Source: Octopus vulgaris
Taxonomy: Eukaryota
Length of the DNA: 64,000 bases
Reading direction: 5' to 3'
Assembly: GCA_951406725.2 (NCBI GenBank)
Contig: OX597824.1
Span: forward strand, 77,810,001-77,874,000
Made by a program: the position numbers and the translations under genes. The notes under the pieces are model-generated. The model was not told the origin of the DNA, made no database searches, and saw only the letters and a program-made list of their open reading frames with translations. This document shows positions 28,711 to 42,085 of the stretch, in pieces. Every line of letters starts with the position of its first letter. The stretch's first letter is position 1.

Positions 28711-29266
28711 TGAGTGAGAGAGCAGTTCATGCCATCAAAGTAACACTGGGGTAAAATATACGAAGCCCAATATACCCATCATGACTACCCGTCTGATAAA
28801 GGTACACCAGGCACATGCATCACAACCATATGTGCGCGACATGGTGATCTCATATCAAGATAAACAGCACATGACCTTGCAGGTGGGGCCCAGTTAGAAT
28901 TTTCTTCAGGTCGAGTAGCCCATCCCGCTCAAACGGTCCCTGAATAAGGGTTGTTTAAGGATGTTGAAAGAACCACCCATGTTTCCAGAGGTGAACTATT
29001 CAAACCCCAAAGAATCCCTCTCAACACATGGCTATGATGCTCCCCCACTACTTCTGCTCGTGATCAGAGATGCACATATCGTCAGCCACTAAGGGACATG
29101 CTCAACTGGTTAAGGTCAAACAACTGACAAGCAAATCTGTGGTATTGAGCAGAATATTTGCTGTAGACCATCTTTTATACCAAGACAAAACACTGTACTT
29201 GATAACACTTTCAATCAGTTAAGATCAGAAGCCATGAGAGCCACTGCCTGGTACTGCATCAGGGCA
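28711..29266 (-). mobile_element. ~555 bp non-coding repeat embedded in (AAT)n
   Basis: Near-identical to 58713-59250, with an internally deleted copy at 29591-29780. Flanked on both sides by (ATT)n. Strand is inferred from the (AAT)n orientation. Confidence 0.75.
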
Positions 29267-29331
<65 letters not shown>

Positions 29332-29412
29332 TATAACTATTATTATTATTATTATTATTATTACTATTATTATTATTATTATTACTATTATTATTATTAT
29401 TATTATTATTAA

Positions 29413-29500
<88 letters not shown>

Positions 29501-29531
29501 ATCATCATCATCATCATCATCATTATCATCA

Positions 29532-29590
<59 letters not shown>
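29267..29590. repeat. (ATT)n microsatellite
   Basis: Direct inspection; similar tracts at 10596-10683, 11956-12131, 12686-12835, 58565-58710 and 59251-59447. Confidence 0.97.
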
Positions 29591-30230
29591 GAGTGAGAGA
29601 GCAGTGCATTTCATCAAAGTGACACTGGGGTAAAATATACAAAGCCCAGTATATCCATCATGACTTGGTGATCAGAGATGCACATATCGTCAGCCAGTAA
29701 GGGACATGCTCAACTTGTTAAAGTCAAGCAACTGACAAGAAAATCTGTGATATTGAGCAGAATATTTGCAGTAGCCCATATATTTAAGCTCTTTGATTTC
29801 TTTAGAGCATAGCCTATCGACACATTTCTCTACTCTTTTCGATTCTGGATTACCTTTCCTGCTTCTTTTCACTTAAACTGCCTCTTTTCGAATTTTGCTG
29901 AGAGTGGAAGGTTTTCGCCGAGAGAAAACTTTTCATTCTCAGGTCTTGTTGATTGTGAGTTGCATCTGTAACTGCATATATTTTTCTAGTTAAAAATGTG
30001 TCTATACGACATTTTGAAAGATGTCCATATTACTCTAGCCTCTTGTCTTTTAACTATACTGCATGTGAGGCACTACTAGAAGCTTGTGCTTTGGTAGAAT
30101 AATTCTTAAGGGACATTCAGGCACACGTGCCACCACACTGACCAAAACTGGACCTTGTAGTGGAAGTTCACTCAAAGCTTGCAGTATGTAACCGAAAAGG
30201 CTTGTAATATATAATCAACAAATAGTAGAA

Positions 30231-30610
30231 GGCGCAATGGCCCAGTGGTTAGGGCAGCGGACTCGCGGTCGTAGGATCGCGGTTTCGATTCCCAGACCGG
30301 GCGTTGTGAGTGTTTATTGAGCGAAAACACCTAAAAGCTCCACGAGCCTCCGGCAGGGATGGTGGTGATCCCTGCTGTACTCTTTCACCACAACTTTCTC
30401 TCACTCTTACTTCCTGTTTCTGTTGTACCTGTATTTCAAGTGGCCGGCTTTGTCACTCTCTGTGTCACGCTGAATATCCCCGAGAACTACGTTAAGGGTG
30501 CACGTGTCTGTGGAGTGCTCAGCCACTTACACGTTAATTTCACGAGCAGGCTGTTCCGTTGATTCGGATTAACCGGAACCCTCATCGTCGTAACCGACGG
30601 AGTGCTTCCA
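30231..30610 (+). mobile_element. SINE family C (tRNA-Arg-like head)
   Basis: GGCGCAATGGCCCAGTGGTTAGGGCAGCGGACTCGCGG...GGTTTCGATTCCC; flanked by the duplicated TCAACAAATAGT/CCAACAAATAGT. Confidence 0.9.
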
Positions 30611-30917
30611 TCCAACAAATAGTCCACCAATTTCTACCCCAGAAAAAGTTATTGCTTAATTAACTGTTTAAAATAAAAAAAACAGCGTTCTGGTCAATTT
30701 GAGATCCAAAGAAAAATCTATTCTATAACACATTCTTTAATTTAGTTTAATACCCAAGTTTATGAATCCTAGTGTTTCAGTTCTTTTACCCACTTAAAAT
30801 TAACAGGAAGTTTTACATGCAGGAACTTACTCACTTAAAATTAACAGGTAGTTTTCTTCGAAACGCGAAGTTCCCCTAACATCACATCACTCAACCATAT
30901 GGGTATACCATCTAATA

Positions 30918-31150
30918 CTTATTTCTTTACTACACACAAGGGGCTAAACACAGAGGAGACAAACAAGGACAGACAAAGGGATTAAATCGATTATATCGCC
31001 CCCAGTGCGTAACTCGTACTTATTTAATCGACCCCGAAAGGATGAAAGGCAAAGTCGACCTCGGCAGAATTTGAACTCAGAACGTAGCGGCAGACGAAAT
31101 ACCGCTAAACATTTCGCCCAGCGTGCTAACGATTCTGCCAGCTCGCCGCC
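30918..31150 (-). mobile_element. SINE family B
   Basis: Full-length reverse-complement copy, with CTAATACT repeated at both flanks. Confidence 0.9.
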
Positions 31151-31424
31151 TAATACTGACCTGCCTCAGAAGGTGCGCTGGCACACGGAACATTGGAAAA
31201 CAGAATATAAAGATGCTGGAACAAAAGCGTATATGTAATTTAGTTTCATTGTATTATACGCGTAAGTTTGTAATTTGAATATAATGGTAACTGAACAGAC
31301 CCACCACCACCACCACTTACCTTCACATATACACGTATAAATACCATGTTCGTGCATACAGATATTTCACATATATCTCTTTCCCTTTTCCTCCTGTTTT
31401 CACCCACCTCTCTCCCTCCCACTC

Positions 31425-31485
<61 letters not shown>

Positions 31486-31653
31486 TCATGTATGTACGTA
31501 TACAAACATTTGGGATTAGGCAAGCTGTCATATACAGAAATATTCTGGAAGATATCTCAAAAATGTCTGCTGCTCAACTAATAAACGAGCCGTAACTTAC
31601 CAGTGTACTTATTCTGTTATTTGAATATTAATATATATTAATATATATATATG

Positions 31654-31723
<70 letters not shown>

Positions 31724-31821
31724 TACATATACGTATGTAAAGATACATATGTAGATATATATATGTATGTATGTAAAACTATATAAATATATATACTTAT
31801 ATGTATACATATATATATATA

Positions 31822-31869
<48 letters not shown>

Positions 31870-31879
31870 CATACATACT

Positions 31880-31915
<36 letters not shown>

Positions 31916-32789
31916 CATACACTTATGTATACGCACTCTCAGCTATTGTTACTGCCAAGTTGAATTGGCAGCAGACCGCATAAGAAAGGAAAATATCTGA
32001 TCAACTGACTGACCAGTTAGTTAGCTAACTAGCGAACTAACTAATTAACTAACAGGAATGTCTGCTAACAAGCTTTTTCATAAAAATGACTACAAAGGCA
32101 ACAGACCAAGATGCGTATGTGTACCTATGTGTACGTATGTGTGTGCATGTATGTGTATAGTAATATGTGAATGTTCCTCTATAGAGACTGTATGACGTAA
32201 CGTTGTAGTGAGAATAAATTAAAACACATAGAGAAACAGGAGAGGCGTATTGTAAGAATGAGTAAGGGGAGCATGTAGTAATTTGGGAGAGTAGGAGTAA
32301 ATTTCTGTATTCTTTGTAAGGGGCGGAGGAGAAGATTCATGACTCATATTCAGGGAGAGAAGCTTTCGCCATACTGGAGACTAACCTAAACCAATTACTA
32401 GGAAACCGTAGATTTAGCTCAATGATCTCATCTGCCACAAACATCGTTTAGATATCGGTAGGTGCATCTATGTTTATACGATCTGGTGCCAGTTGTCGTT
32501 CCGTTTGTGTATTATACCCGATGTGTATGTAAACCAAATTATCAGCATGTGTTTATTTGATTTCGCATTTAGCTGTGTGTTATAATGCGAAATGTATTTA
32601 ACATGACGTAAAAATCGATCGGACGTTAGGTAATCGGTTCCTCTTCACAAGAATGGCCATGACAAACGTAATAATTTCTAGATGCAGTTTTGGCTCTGGT
32701 CTTTGGTAAACGTCGTATTCTTTTATATACATTTATATGTGTGTAAGTGTGTGTGTGAGACAGAGTGTATGTATACGGATGTATTTGTA

Positions 32790-32837
<48 letters not shown>

Positions 32838-33251
32838 GGCGTAGGAGTGGCTGTGTGGTAAGTAGCGTGCTTACGAACCACATGGTTCCGGGTTCAGTCT
32901 CACTGCGTGGCACCTTGGGCATGTGTCTTGTTCTATAGCCTCGGGCCGACCAAAGCCTTTTGAGTGGATTTGGTAGACGGAAACTGAAAGAAACCGGTCC
33001 TATATATGTATAAATATATATAGTTATGTGTGCATGTATGTGTTTGTGTATCTGTGTTTGTCCCAACAACATCGCTTGACAACCGATGATGGTGTGTTTA
33101 CGTCCACGTAACTTAACGGTTCGGCAAAAGAGACCGATAGAATAAGTACTTGGCTTACAAAGTATAAGTCATGTGGTCGATTTGCTCGACTAAAGGCGGT
33201 GCTCCAGCATGGCCACAATCAAATGACTGAAACAAGTAAAAGAGTAAAGAG
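32838..33251 (+). mobile_element. SINE family A
   Basis: Colinear with 14908-15310. Confidence 0.9.
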
Positions 33252-33599
33252 TATATATGTGTGTGTGTAAGTATATATATACGCACAAACAGACTTATAT
33301 ATACATGCGTGTATATATTTCTATATATATATATATATATATTTTCTATATATATATATATAATACCAATACAAATATACAAATATATAGTTATATAGCA
33401 TATAATCATGTGTGCATATATGTATGTATGTATGTACATGCATGAAATTCATGTGTGTTATAGTATGTAAAAAACTTCCTATTAATTGTAAGTGGGTTAA
33501 CGTAACTGTGACAACGGGATTCATAAACTTGGGTATTAAACGAAATTATAGAATAAGTTAGAGAAAACAATATTCTTTGGATCGCAAATTGACCAGCGC

Positions 33600-34296
33600 A
33601 CGGTTTTCAATGTGTGGATTAAACAATAAATTATGGGAGAATAAATTAGTGGTTTATTTCTTAGGCGGTCCTTTTCTTGGTACCCCAAATGGTTACGCTA
33701 TGTTGTTAATAACTATTCTCCATCCAAGCCACTAAGAAGAGATATTTGTTAAATTTAAAATAGTTTCTGTTCGGTGTGGATGGGAATGTTTGTGTAATAG
33801 TTTAAAGACGAATTTGGTTACCGTTGTTGGAACTTGATGGTAGGTTAAATCAAATAATGTTTTGTTCTTTTATTAAAAGAGTTACCTTTTATTCTGGATG
33901 CAATTAATATTGTTTTGATATACTCTTCTATCTGGTCTTTTGTGTAGGTGTTACATCAATCACTGAAAATACATTCATTTGAGGAAATGATAGTGCGCCT
34001 GAGGGAGATTTTCCTCAATGGTATCTCAATGGTATTATGGAGATGGTTTAAGATGCGTGTATGGATTGTAGTTTTTCATTGATCTTCATAAATATTTCAT
34101 ATAAGGAGTTTTTCATATCGAAAGAACAGTGTTTTCAAATGTGCTAAGCTTCGATAATGAAAACAAGGCTTTTTAACAGATCATGTAGGTATTCGCTAAA
34201 TTTCTCTTTGATCCAGGTGTTAAAATTGGAAATTAAGTCTGGTCCATCTTCTCTATGTACGCCATTGATGATATAAACGTAACAGCCCTAACTATG
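33600..34296 (-). pseudogene. Highly decayed PLE RT C-terminal/linker fragment
   Basis: Minus-strand remnants IHAS*NHLHNTIEIPL...IISSNECIF and NII*FNLP resemble the PLE motifs H..SNHPP..I...SSNE..F and IIWFNPP. Many stops and frameshifts. Confidence 0.55.
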
Positions 34297-34298
34297 TA

Positions 34299-35554
34299 TC
34301 AGGTCATCCCATAAGTTCTGTCCGAATTTTGAATAAACAAAACAAGTGATCAAATGTTATATTTAATTGAAAGTTAATCATCATTGTACTTTCCCTGATT
34401 ATTTATGACTTTTTTCCATCTTTTTGCAAGCTTTTTAATCCCATCAAAGTAAAATACTTTTGGTTTCAAAGCAAAGAAGGAAGTCAGTTTCGACTTCCTC
34501 CTGGCATGCACAAGTTATGTCCCCCAAATGATTCTGTAAACTACGAAACAAATGGTAGTCTGAAGGAGCAAGGTCGGGAGAATAAGGTGGATGAGGAATT
34601 GTTTTCCCAGCCAAACTCTTCCATCTTCTCTGATGTGAACTTTGCAGTGTGGGGTCGCGAATTGTCCTGATGAAACACCACTCCTTTTTGATTCACTAAA
34701 GCGGATTTTTTTTCTTCAAATGCTCTAATTGCTGACAGTAGACTTGAGCATTGATTGTTGCATTAGGTGGTAACAATTCAAAGTGAATTACTCCTTTGTA
34801 ATCCCACCAGATAGAGAGAAGAAACTTTTTCCCACGAAGTTCCCTTCTCGGTTGTGGTTGAGCTTTTTCCCGTTTACCAAGCCACTGTTTACGACGTTTA
34901 ACATTTCGGCAGAAGATCCATTTTCGTCACCAGTCACAAGTCTATCCAAAAAGAGTGAAATGAGTTCTCGAGAATGGAGAGACGAGCAGATATCAACTCG
35001 GGATTTGCGGTTACTTTCGGAAATTCATTTTCCAAGTTTAGGAACTTTTCCAAGTTTAGGAACCATTCCAAGTTGTTGAAGATGACGATGAACAGTTGTA
35101 TAGTTTGAACTAAGCTTTATTGCCAATTCTTCAACTGATAATGCAGGATTGTCTTCAAGTAATGCCTCAAAGAGCTGTTCGTCCTATTCGATCTTCATCT
35201 TCAAGGCTGAAATCTCAACTTCTGAATTTTGCAAATCATCTACTGCAAGTTCTTTCATTTAAGCATTCTTTCCCATAAACTGAGTGTATGTTTCGAGTCG
35301 TTTTGGCTGCACAGTTTCCTTTTGTGTAGTGATAAAGCATTTTGTGCCTCAAATGCTCTTTGGATGCTTCCATGTTAGAAAGGATATTAGTCATAGAAAT
35401 TTTAATTCTATTATTCTGTAAAATAATATTCAATTAGTTTAAATCTATACAAATGCATAAAAATAATTTTTAATCCCATTAGACATTAAAAAATACTGTT
35501 ATATTTCATTCAATTTTTAATGAAGGTAAAATCGGACAGAACTCATGGGATGAC

Positions 35555-35558
<4 letters not shown>
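34299..35558 (-). mobile_element. Full-length decayed mariner transposon (~1.26 kb)
   Basis: TIRs TCAGGTCATCCCATAAGTTCTGTCCGA / TCGGACAGAACTCATGGGATGACCTGA with flanking TA. Transposase remnants MEASKEHLRH, LVTGDE, HPPYSPDLAPSDYHLF. Confidence 0.92.
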
Positions 35559-35601
<43 letters not shown>

Positions 35602-35764
35602 ATATATATAATCCGAAAGTTTCGCTAAACTCGATCCAATATTTGGAGCTTCATACTTACAACTAAATGCATTGTTATGTATCCTTATCTACGTAGCGTT
35701 ATTGTAAAACGGGAAATACTTCTGTGCACGTAATATCTTAATTTCAGATTCTTTATGTGCGTGC

Positions 35765-35807
<43 letters not shown>

Positions 35808-35850
35808 TTTTCGCTTTTCTTTTTTTTGGTTAGTGCGGTTATATTCTGAT

Positions 35851-36230
35851 GGAGGCGCAATGGCCCAGTGGTTAGGGCAGCGGACTCGCGGTCATAGGAT
35901 CGCGGTTTCGATTCCCAGACCGGGCGTTGTGAGTGTTTATTGAGCGAAAACACCTAAAGCTCCACGAGGCTCCGGCAGGGGATGGTGGTGATCCCTGCTG
36001 TACTCTTTCACCATAACTTTCTCTCACTCTTACTTCCTGTTTCTGTTGTACCTGTATTTCAAAGGGCCGTCCTTGTCACTCTCTGTGTCACGCTGAATAT
36101 CTCTGAGAACTACGTTAAGGGTACACGTGTCTGTGGAGTGCTCAGCCACTTACACGTTAATTTCACGAGCAGGCTGTTCCGTTGATTCGGATCAACCGGA
36201 ACCCTCATCGTCGTAACCGACGGAGTGCCT
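35851..36230 (+). mobile_element. SINE family C
   Basis: Colinear with 30231-30610. Confidence 0.9.
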
Positions 36231-36899
36231 CCTCCTTATGTTCTGATAAAGTTACGCTGTACTTCAAAAAGCCGCACTTTGTCCTTGTCTTGGAAGCTAT
36301 TTAATCACTGTAAGGTGAAAAGATTTGGGATTATTATTCCACTCTAGTAGGTTGAATTATGTACGGGATTCAGATGAGGAAACTCTCAATATTTTTTGCT
36401 AATATTGTCTACATAGATTTTTGATGAGTATATTGCTCTTGTTGATTAATTGTCTTTGGAATTGTCTAATGTCCTTGTGAGTGAAATAGGGTATTTGTTA
36501 ATTCAAGGTATCAATTCTTTTGTACATATGTAGTTTTGTGTCTAATGGCGGCATAATAGATATTTTTATATTTAGTAAAGTTAGAAATAAATTGTACCTG
36601 AGTTATTTGATTACTGAGCTTAAGCGATGTCTTAATTCTATGTCTTAATGAACTTATTCAATTTAAGTTAACTGAAATTAATATACAACCACGCAGACTC
36701 CATATTAACCACACATACGGATTCCATTTTGACACATTCATAATCAAAGTGATACAGTCGTTCGTAGTTTGGAGAGGTAGAAGACATTAATCATATTAAG
36801 AACATTGGAAAAATAAATGAGCTCGAGAAGATAAATACATTTTGATAAATGATAAATTTGGTTGTTGTGGAGAGTGAAAATCTTTAAGTTTTGAACAAA

Positions 36900-37000
36900 G
36901 GCGTAGGAGTAGCTGTGTGGTAAGTAGCTTGATAACGAACCACATTGTTCCGGGTTCAGTCCCACTGCGTGGCACCTTGGACAAGTGTCTTCTACTATAT
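36900..37000 (+). mobile_element. SINE family A, 5' fragment
   Basis: Head only, ending ...TCTTCTACTATA. Confidence 0.8.
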
Positions 37001-37071
37001 GTATAAGGTACATACATGCATAGATACATGCATAGATACATACATACATTCATACATATGTATATATATAT

Positions 37072-37290
37072 ATTTCTTTACTACCCACAAGGGGCTAAAC
37101 ATAGAGGGGACAAACAAGGACAGACAAACGGATTAAGTCGATTATATCGACCCCAGTGCGTAACTGGTACTTATTGAATCGACCCCGAAAGGATGAAAGG
37201 CAAAGTCGACCTCGGCGGAATTTGAACTCAGAACGTAAAGACAGACGAAATACCGCTAAGCATTTCGCCCGGCGTGCTAATGATTCTGCC
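37072..37290 (-). mobile_element. SINE family B
   Basis: Reverse-complement copy. Confidence 0.9.
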
Positions 37291-37399
37291 ATATATATAA
37301 TCTGTTTGAAGGTGGCCGCTGTCTAATGTCTGAATCAAGTAAAAGGTAAAATACATATATTAAATCAGGTATATATGTGTTGAAGGTGGAGGGCATATA

Positions 37400-38768
37400 T
37401 TGTGTGATCCCATGAATAATGCGGTGTTTTTGCACTTCATTGGTTTTTTAAAAATTAAGATAAATAAAGTTCTTTTTAAATCTAAAATATGCTCACCTTC
37501 ATTTTCTGCAATGCTCTTCCATCTGACTGCTAGACTTGCAAGGCCCCTCTTCCAAAATTCACTTGTTCGTAATGAAAAATACTCCTGCAGTATTATTCGG
37601 AACTCGTCTAACAGAATTCATATTTTTTTCCGTCCAAACGATTCTGAAGATTGCGAAATAAATGATATGGTGAATATCGTGGGTGAGGCATCGTTTCTCA
37701 TTCAAACTGCTCCAGCTTTTCGCATGTCATCCACGCTGTTTCTGGCTTAGCAGTATCCTGATGGAAGAACATCCTTCGTCTTGAATCCAAAGGTGGTCGT
37801 TTTCCTTCCGGCGCTGACTTAAGCCGCAGTAGATCGTGTGCTATTGTACTCGTGTGGTATGGGTTTAAAAGGTGAAAGTGGACAAATCCTTTCACATCCA
37901 ACCAAACAGATAACAACACCTTACATGGGTGAAGACCTTTTTTAGCCTGCGGTGCCGGTGTTTCTTCTTTCTCTACCCACTGTCTTCGACGCTTCACACT
38001 TTTATAGAGAACCCATTTCTCGTCACCAGTCATTATTCGGTCCAAAAAGGTTGATTTGTGTGACGTGACAGCAAAGAAGAGCACACATTCACACTCTGCG
38101 CGCGATTAGACTCGGAAAGTTTGTGAGGAACCCATTGAGCCAATTTGCGGACTTTACCGATGACACGCAGGTGTCGATGAATGGTTGAATGACCAAATCA
38201 AAGCCACTCCGCCAGTTACTCAACAGTTACGATATGATTTTGTTCCACCAGGATTTGCAGGACGTTCTCGTCGAGCTCTACAGATCTTACAGGATGAGGC
38301 TCGTCTTCTAGGCTGTAGTTTTCAAATCGGAATTTCTGGAAACATCTTGACACAGGCTTACGCATATTGTCCGATCCCCATATACTGCATTAATATTACT
38401 AGCACTCTCCGTTGCGTTGTTGCTTTTATTGAACTCATAAAGCAAAATATGCCGAATATTTTTCCTTGTCACTTCCATTGTAGCTTTGAAAATATAACTA
38501 TTAAAATCGAAAACTGCACTCTTGAAAACGTGCACTAAGAATAAGCACAAGGTAAAAAGTGCCTGTTTATTTCAATATTGTAAAATTGTAAGCGTTTTAA
38601 ATAATAAAACGTGAAAATCAGACTAGGTTGGAATTTCATTGATTAATATATTTTTGTGTACTACCTACCTGCTTTTATAGCAAGTTGATGCAGGTAGTTT
38701 ATCCCGTTCCTCTCCGACATTTTGTTCAGGCAATTGAAAAAAACCGCATTATTTATGGGATGACTCAA
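37400..38768 (-). mobile_element. Full-length decayed mariner transposon (~1.37 kb)
   Basis: Imperfect TIRs (TTGTGTGATCCCATGAATAATGCGG / CCGCATTATTTATGGGATGACTCAA) with flanking TA. Remnants MEVTRKNIRHILLYEF, WVPHKL, FLDRIMTGDEKWVLY, FHQD. Confidence 0.9.
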
Positions 38769-39190
38769 TATGTGAAGATGTGTAAACAGTATTTGTATAA
38801 AACGTTTAATTAAAAAAAAAACCCTCAACAGCAACAACATAGAAATCAACAATAAGTATTGAATTAAGATCTAATAATAAGAGGTATAAATAATTAAGCA
38901 GCGTATTTAATATTTTCAAAAAGAAAAATTCTTCAACCGAAATAGAAAAAATTGAAATATAATCATTAGTTCATAATTTAGTCAACGCGATGACGACGAT
39001 GATATTTGAAATGATGATCATGATGATCATGATGATCATGATGATCATGATGATGGTGAGGAGGAGGAGGATGATGATGGTTGTGAGTGTGCTGTTGGTG
39101 GTGGTGACGGTGTGAAGATCGTAGTCATGATAGTGGGAATGATGACGTGAGGGAAAATAATGGCCGTAAGATCTACATTGAAAACAAATG

Positions 39191-39374
39191 CATACATACA
39201 TACATACATACATACATGCATACATACATACATACATATACATACATACATACACACACACACATACATACATACATACATACATACATACACATACATA
39301 CATACATACATATATACATACATGCATACACACACATACATACATACATACATACATACATACATGCATGCATG

Positions 39375-39405
<31 letters not shown>

Positions 39406-39515
39406 GCATGCATGCATACATACATACATACATACATATATGCATGCATGCATACATACATACATACATACATACATACATACATACATACATACATACA
39501 TACATACATACATAC
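39191..39515. repeat. (TACA)n microsatellite
   Basis: Direct inspection. Confidence 0.97.
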
Positions 39516-39666
39516 GTATGTTGTATACGTATCTATCCGAGTTGGTATGATTGTGTACACAAAAATATATTAATGAATGAAATTTCAACCTAGACTGATT
39601 TTAACGTTTTAGTATTTAAAATTTTTACAATTTTACAATATTGAAATAAACTTGCAACTTCATGCA

Positions 39667-39702
<36 letters not shown>

Positions 39703-40064
39703 TGTACGTACGCATGTGTGTCAATTCCAGTCCTTGTTGAGGTGTAGTGGCTTGTGGGCCTGAGGGCCTCAATAACCCTGAGAATTATGCCAGCAGAGCA
39801 CAAGCTACTAGTGCCGTCTTTCATGGCAAAGGTTTTAGTCCAGACTCATTTCGACCATCTCTTCATGGAAGTAAAAACAAGCCTGTGTAGGGTCAGCATT
39901 CCTACCTGGAAAAACAGTTAGAGAAGCAACGATGACAATTCGAAACCAGTAAGACCTGACAGAGGAAGTGAAGTCCGAGTGGAAGTGAATCGGACGAGCT
40001 GTGGCGGAAGGTGGGGTTGGGGGGCAAGTTCCAGTGGTAAAAGATTTTCAGAAACACATGTGTA

Positions 40065-40249
40065 CAAGGGTGTGCTCAAAAGTTCCTGCGTTTAAGGCTA
40101 TCGTGAAAGACCTGGCTGGATGCCCAGCATTTTGAGTTCTTTTAGAGGGCTTAGAAAAACAGAAGGACTGCTACAATAAGTGTGTGAGAAGAGAATATGT
40201 TGAAAAAAATCAAAATTAACTGATCCACGAACTTTTCATCACCCCCTCG
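40065..40249. mobile_element. Mariner-type MITE
   Basis: TA-CAAGGGTGTGCTCAAAAGTTC ... GAACTTTTCATCACCCCCTCG-TA imperfect TIRs. Confidence 0.6.
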
Positions 40250-40251
40250 TA

Positions 40252-40835
40252 TGCATATATATTTGCTTTCGGGTCACAAACGGAGATGAACCTATCTCAT
40301 TATCACCGGAGGGAAAGTCCCCTGAGCGAGCGTTGTTGGCATCCTTTTGTCTCGGGAGAAATGTAGTTGCGGGTAAACTAAACCTTTTTGGTTTTTTTAC
40401 ATTTCATGTCCTCTCCAGTTTTGCGCAGGCCTCGGCTAGATGTAAGAAAGTCCTGGGTAGCCCAATCGTCAGGATTCCTCTCTCGACCTTGCTGACGTAG
40501 TCCAAAGGAGTGCAGAGCATTATGTTTGGCACCAGCTTGGTTGCAGGAGCTGCCGGAAAAGTGTCGAGTCGAACACTAAACCGCCTACGGGGCTCCACTC
40601 CGGATTTCTTTGAAGGTTGTCTCCTTTCCGTAACCCTGGATAGGGGCCCATACCGGGTACTGTCAGCCGGAGCCAGCTGAGGCCGGTACTCGTGTCAGGC
40701 AGGGTCGTCACTCCCTGAAGTAGTGAAGAAAATCGCTCCCACTGCCTAAGCGAGCGAAGCAATTGCTAATTTGAGGAATCGTAAGCGAACCTTTCAGCTA
40801 TCTCCCGTCGATGCAATGACGCCATTTGGCGGAGC
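40252..40835 (-). mobile_element. Probable RTE-like LINE 5' UTR and ORF start fragment
   Basis: GC-rich non-coding block on the minus strand leading to ...RKQIY at the junction with a MITE. The family assignment is recalled similarity, not verified. Confidence 0.4.
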
Positions 40836-40939
40836 TGAGAGTTGTTGGTAGGCATCTTCCTCATAGCACAGATTGATGCAAATAGCACTTAGTGTTAGTT
40901 GAATAGTGATTACTCAAAAGGAATTTCTTTCTCTATATA

Positions 40940-41102
40940 GACGCAGGAGTGGGTGTGTGATAAGTAGCTTGCTTACCAACCACATGGTTCCGCGTTCGGT
41001 CCCGCTGCGTGGCACCTTCAGGAAGTGTCTTCAAATATAGCCTCGGGCCCACCGAAGCTTTGTGAGTGGATTTGGTTGACGGAAACTGAAAGGAACACGT
41101 CT

Positions 41103-41152
<50 letters not shown>

Positions 41153-41172
41153 CTTATATATATATATATGTA

Positions 41173-41222
<50 letters not shown>

Positions 41223-41245
41223 AATGTATATATATATATAATATG

Positions 41246-41277
<32 letters not shown>

Positions 41278-41493
41278 CATTTATATATATATATGATTGT
41301 GTGTCTATGTTTGTCCCACCCCACAACATCGCTTGAAAACCGATACTGGAGTATTTACGGCCCTGTAAATTAGCTGTTCGGCAAAAGGATCCGATAGAAT
41401 AAATACTAAGCTTACAAAGAATAAGTCAAGGGGGAGAGTTTTTCGACTAAAGGCGGTGTTCCAGCATGGCGGCAGTCAATTGACTGAAAGAAG

Positions 41494-41497
<4 letters not shown>
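40940..41497 (+). mobile_element. SINE family A (expanded internal TA tract)
   Basis: Diverged copy with a ~190 bp internal (TA)n. Confidence 0.85.
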
Positions 41498-41540
<43 letters not shown>

Positions 41541-41621
41541 TATATATATATATGAAGGAAAGATAATGGAGATCAGAAATTTAATAATAATTGATTATTA
41601 ACAACAAAGTGGTCATTTTCA

Positions 41622-41709
41622 CTTCTTACAACCGTTTCAATTAATACTCAAGAATGTTTGTACATTGAATTCACATTTATGTGAAATGAGTATTATTTCA
41701 TCAGAGGAG
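41622..41709 (-). ncRNA. Type-I hammerhead ribozyme motif within (TA)n-flanked element 41553-41950
   Basis: Minus strand: CTCCT-CTGATGA-AATAATACTCA...TGAGTATTAATT-GAAA-CGGTTG-TA-AGAAG. Confidence 0.65.
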
Positions 41710-41947
41710 AAAAGATGTACATCTGGATGTTATACGTGGGCTTATGAATTCATTTTAGCAGGCTCTTTGTTTGTTGATAACAAACAAATATTAACTTACT
41801 AATCTCCGTTTTCTTTTCTTCTTTTAAATGGATATAATCTATATTGCTTATATATACCTATATTTTAAGGAAATGCATTTCTCCCAAACAGTAGTTATTG
41901 AACCATTATTCGCTTGGATGAAGGTAACATATCGTCTAATCAAATTT

Positions 41948-41988
<41 letters not shown>

Positions 41989-42085
41989 CGGGAAGCTTTA
42001 TGAAAATAGACAAACGACGAAGGCAGGTGGAAAACAAACAAACAATTGTATTAGTATGGCGCTCAGGAAATATAAATAAAACAAG

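Noticed and set aside
29790-30150. Possible decayed LINE coding fragment
   Set aside because: No motif could be confirmed in any frame.
30231-30303. Possible tRNA gene (also SINE A/B heads)
   Set aside because: A/B boxes are present but there is no proper acceptor stem. The sequence continues into a multi-copy SINE body, so these are SINE heads.
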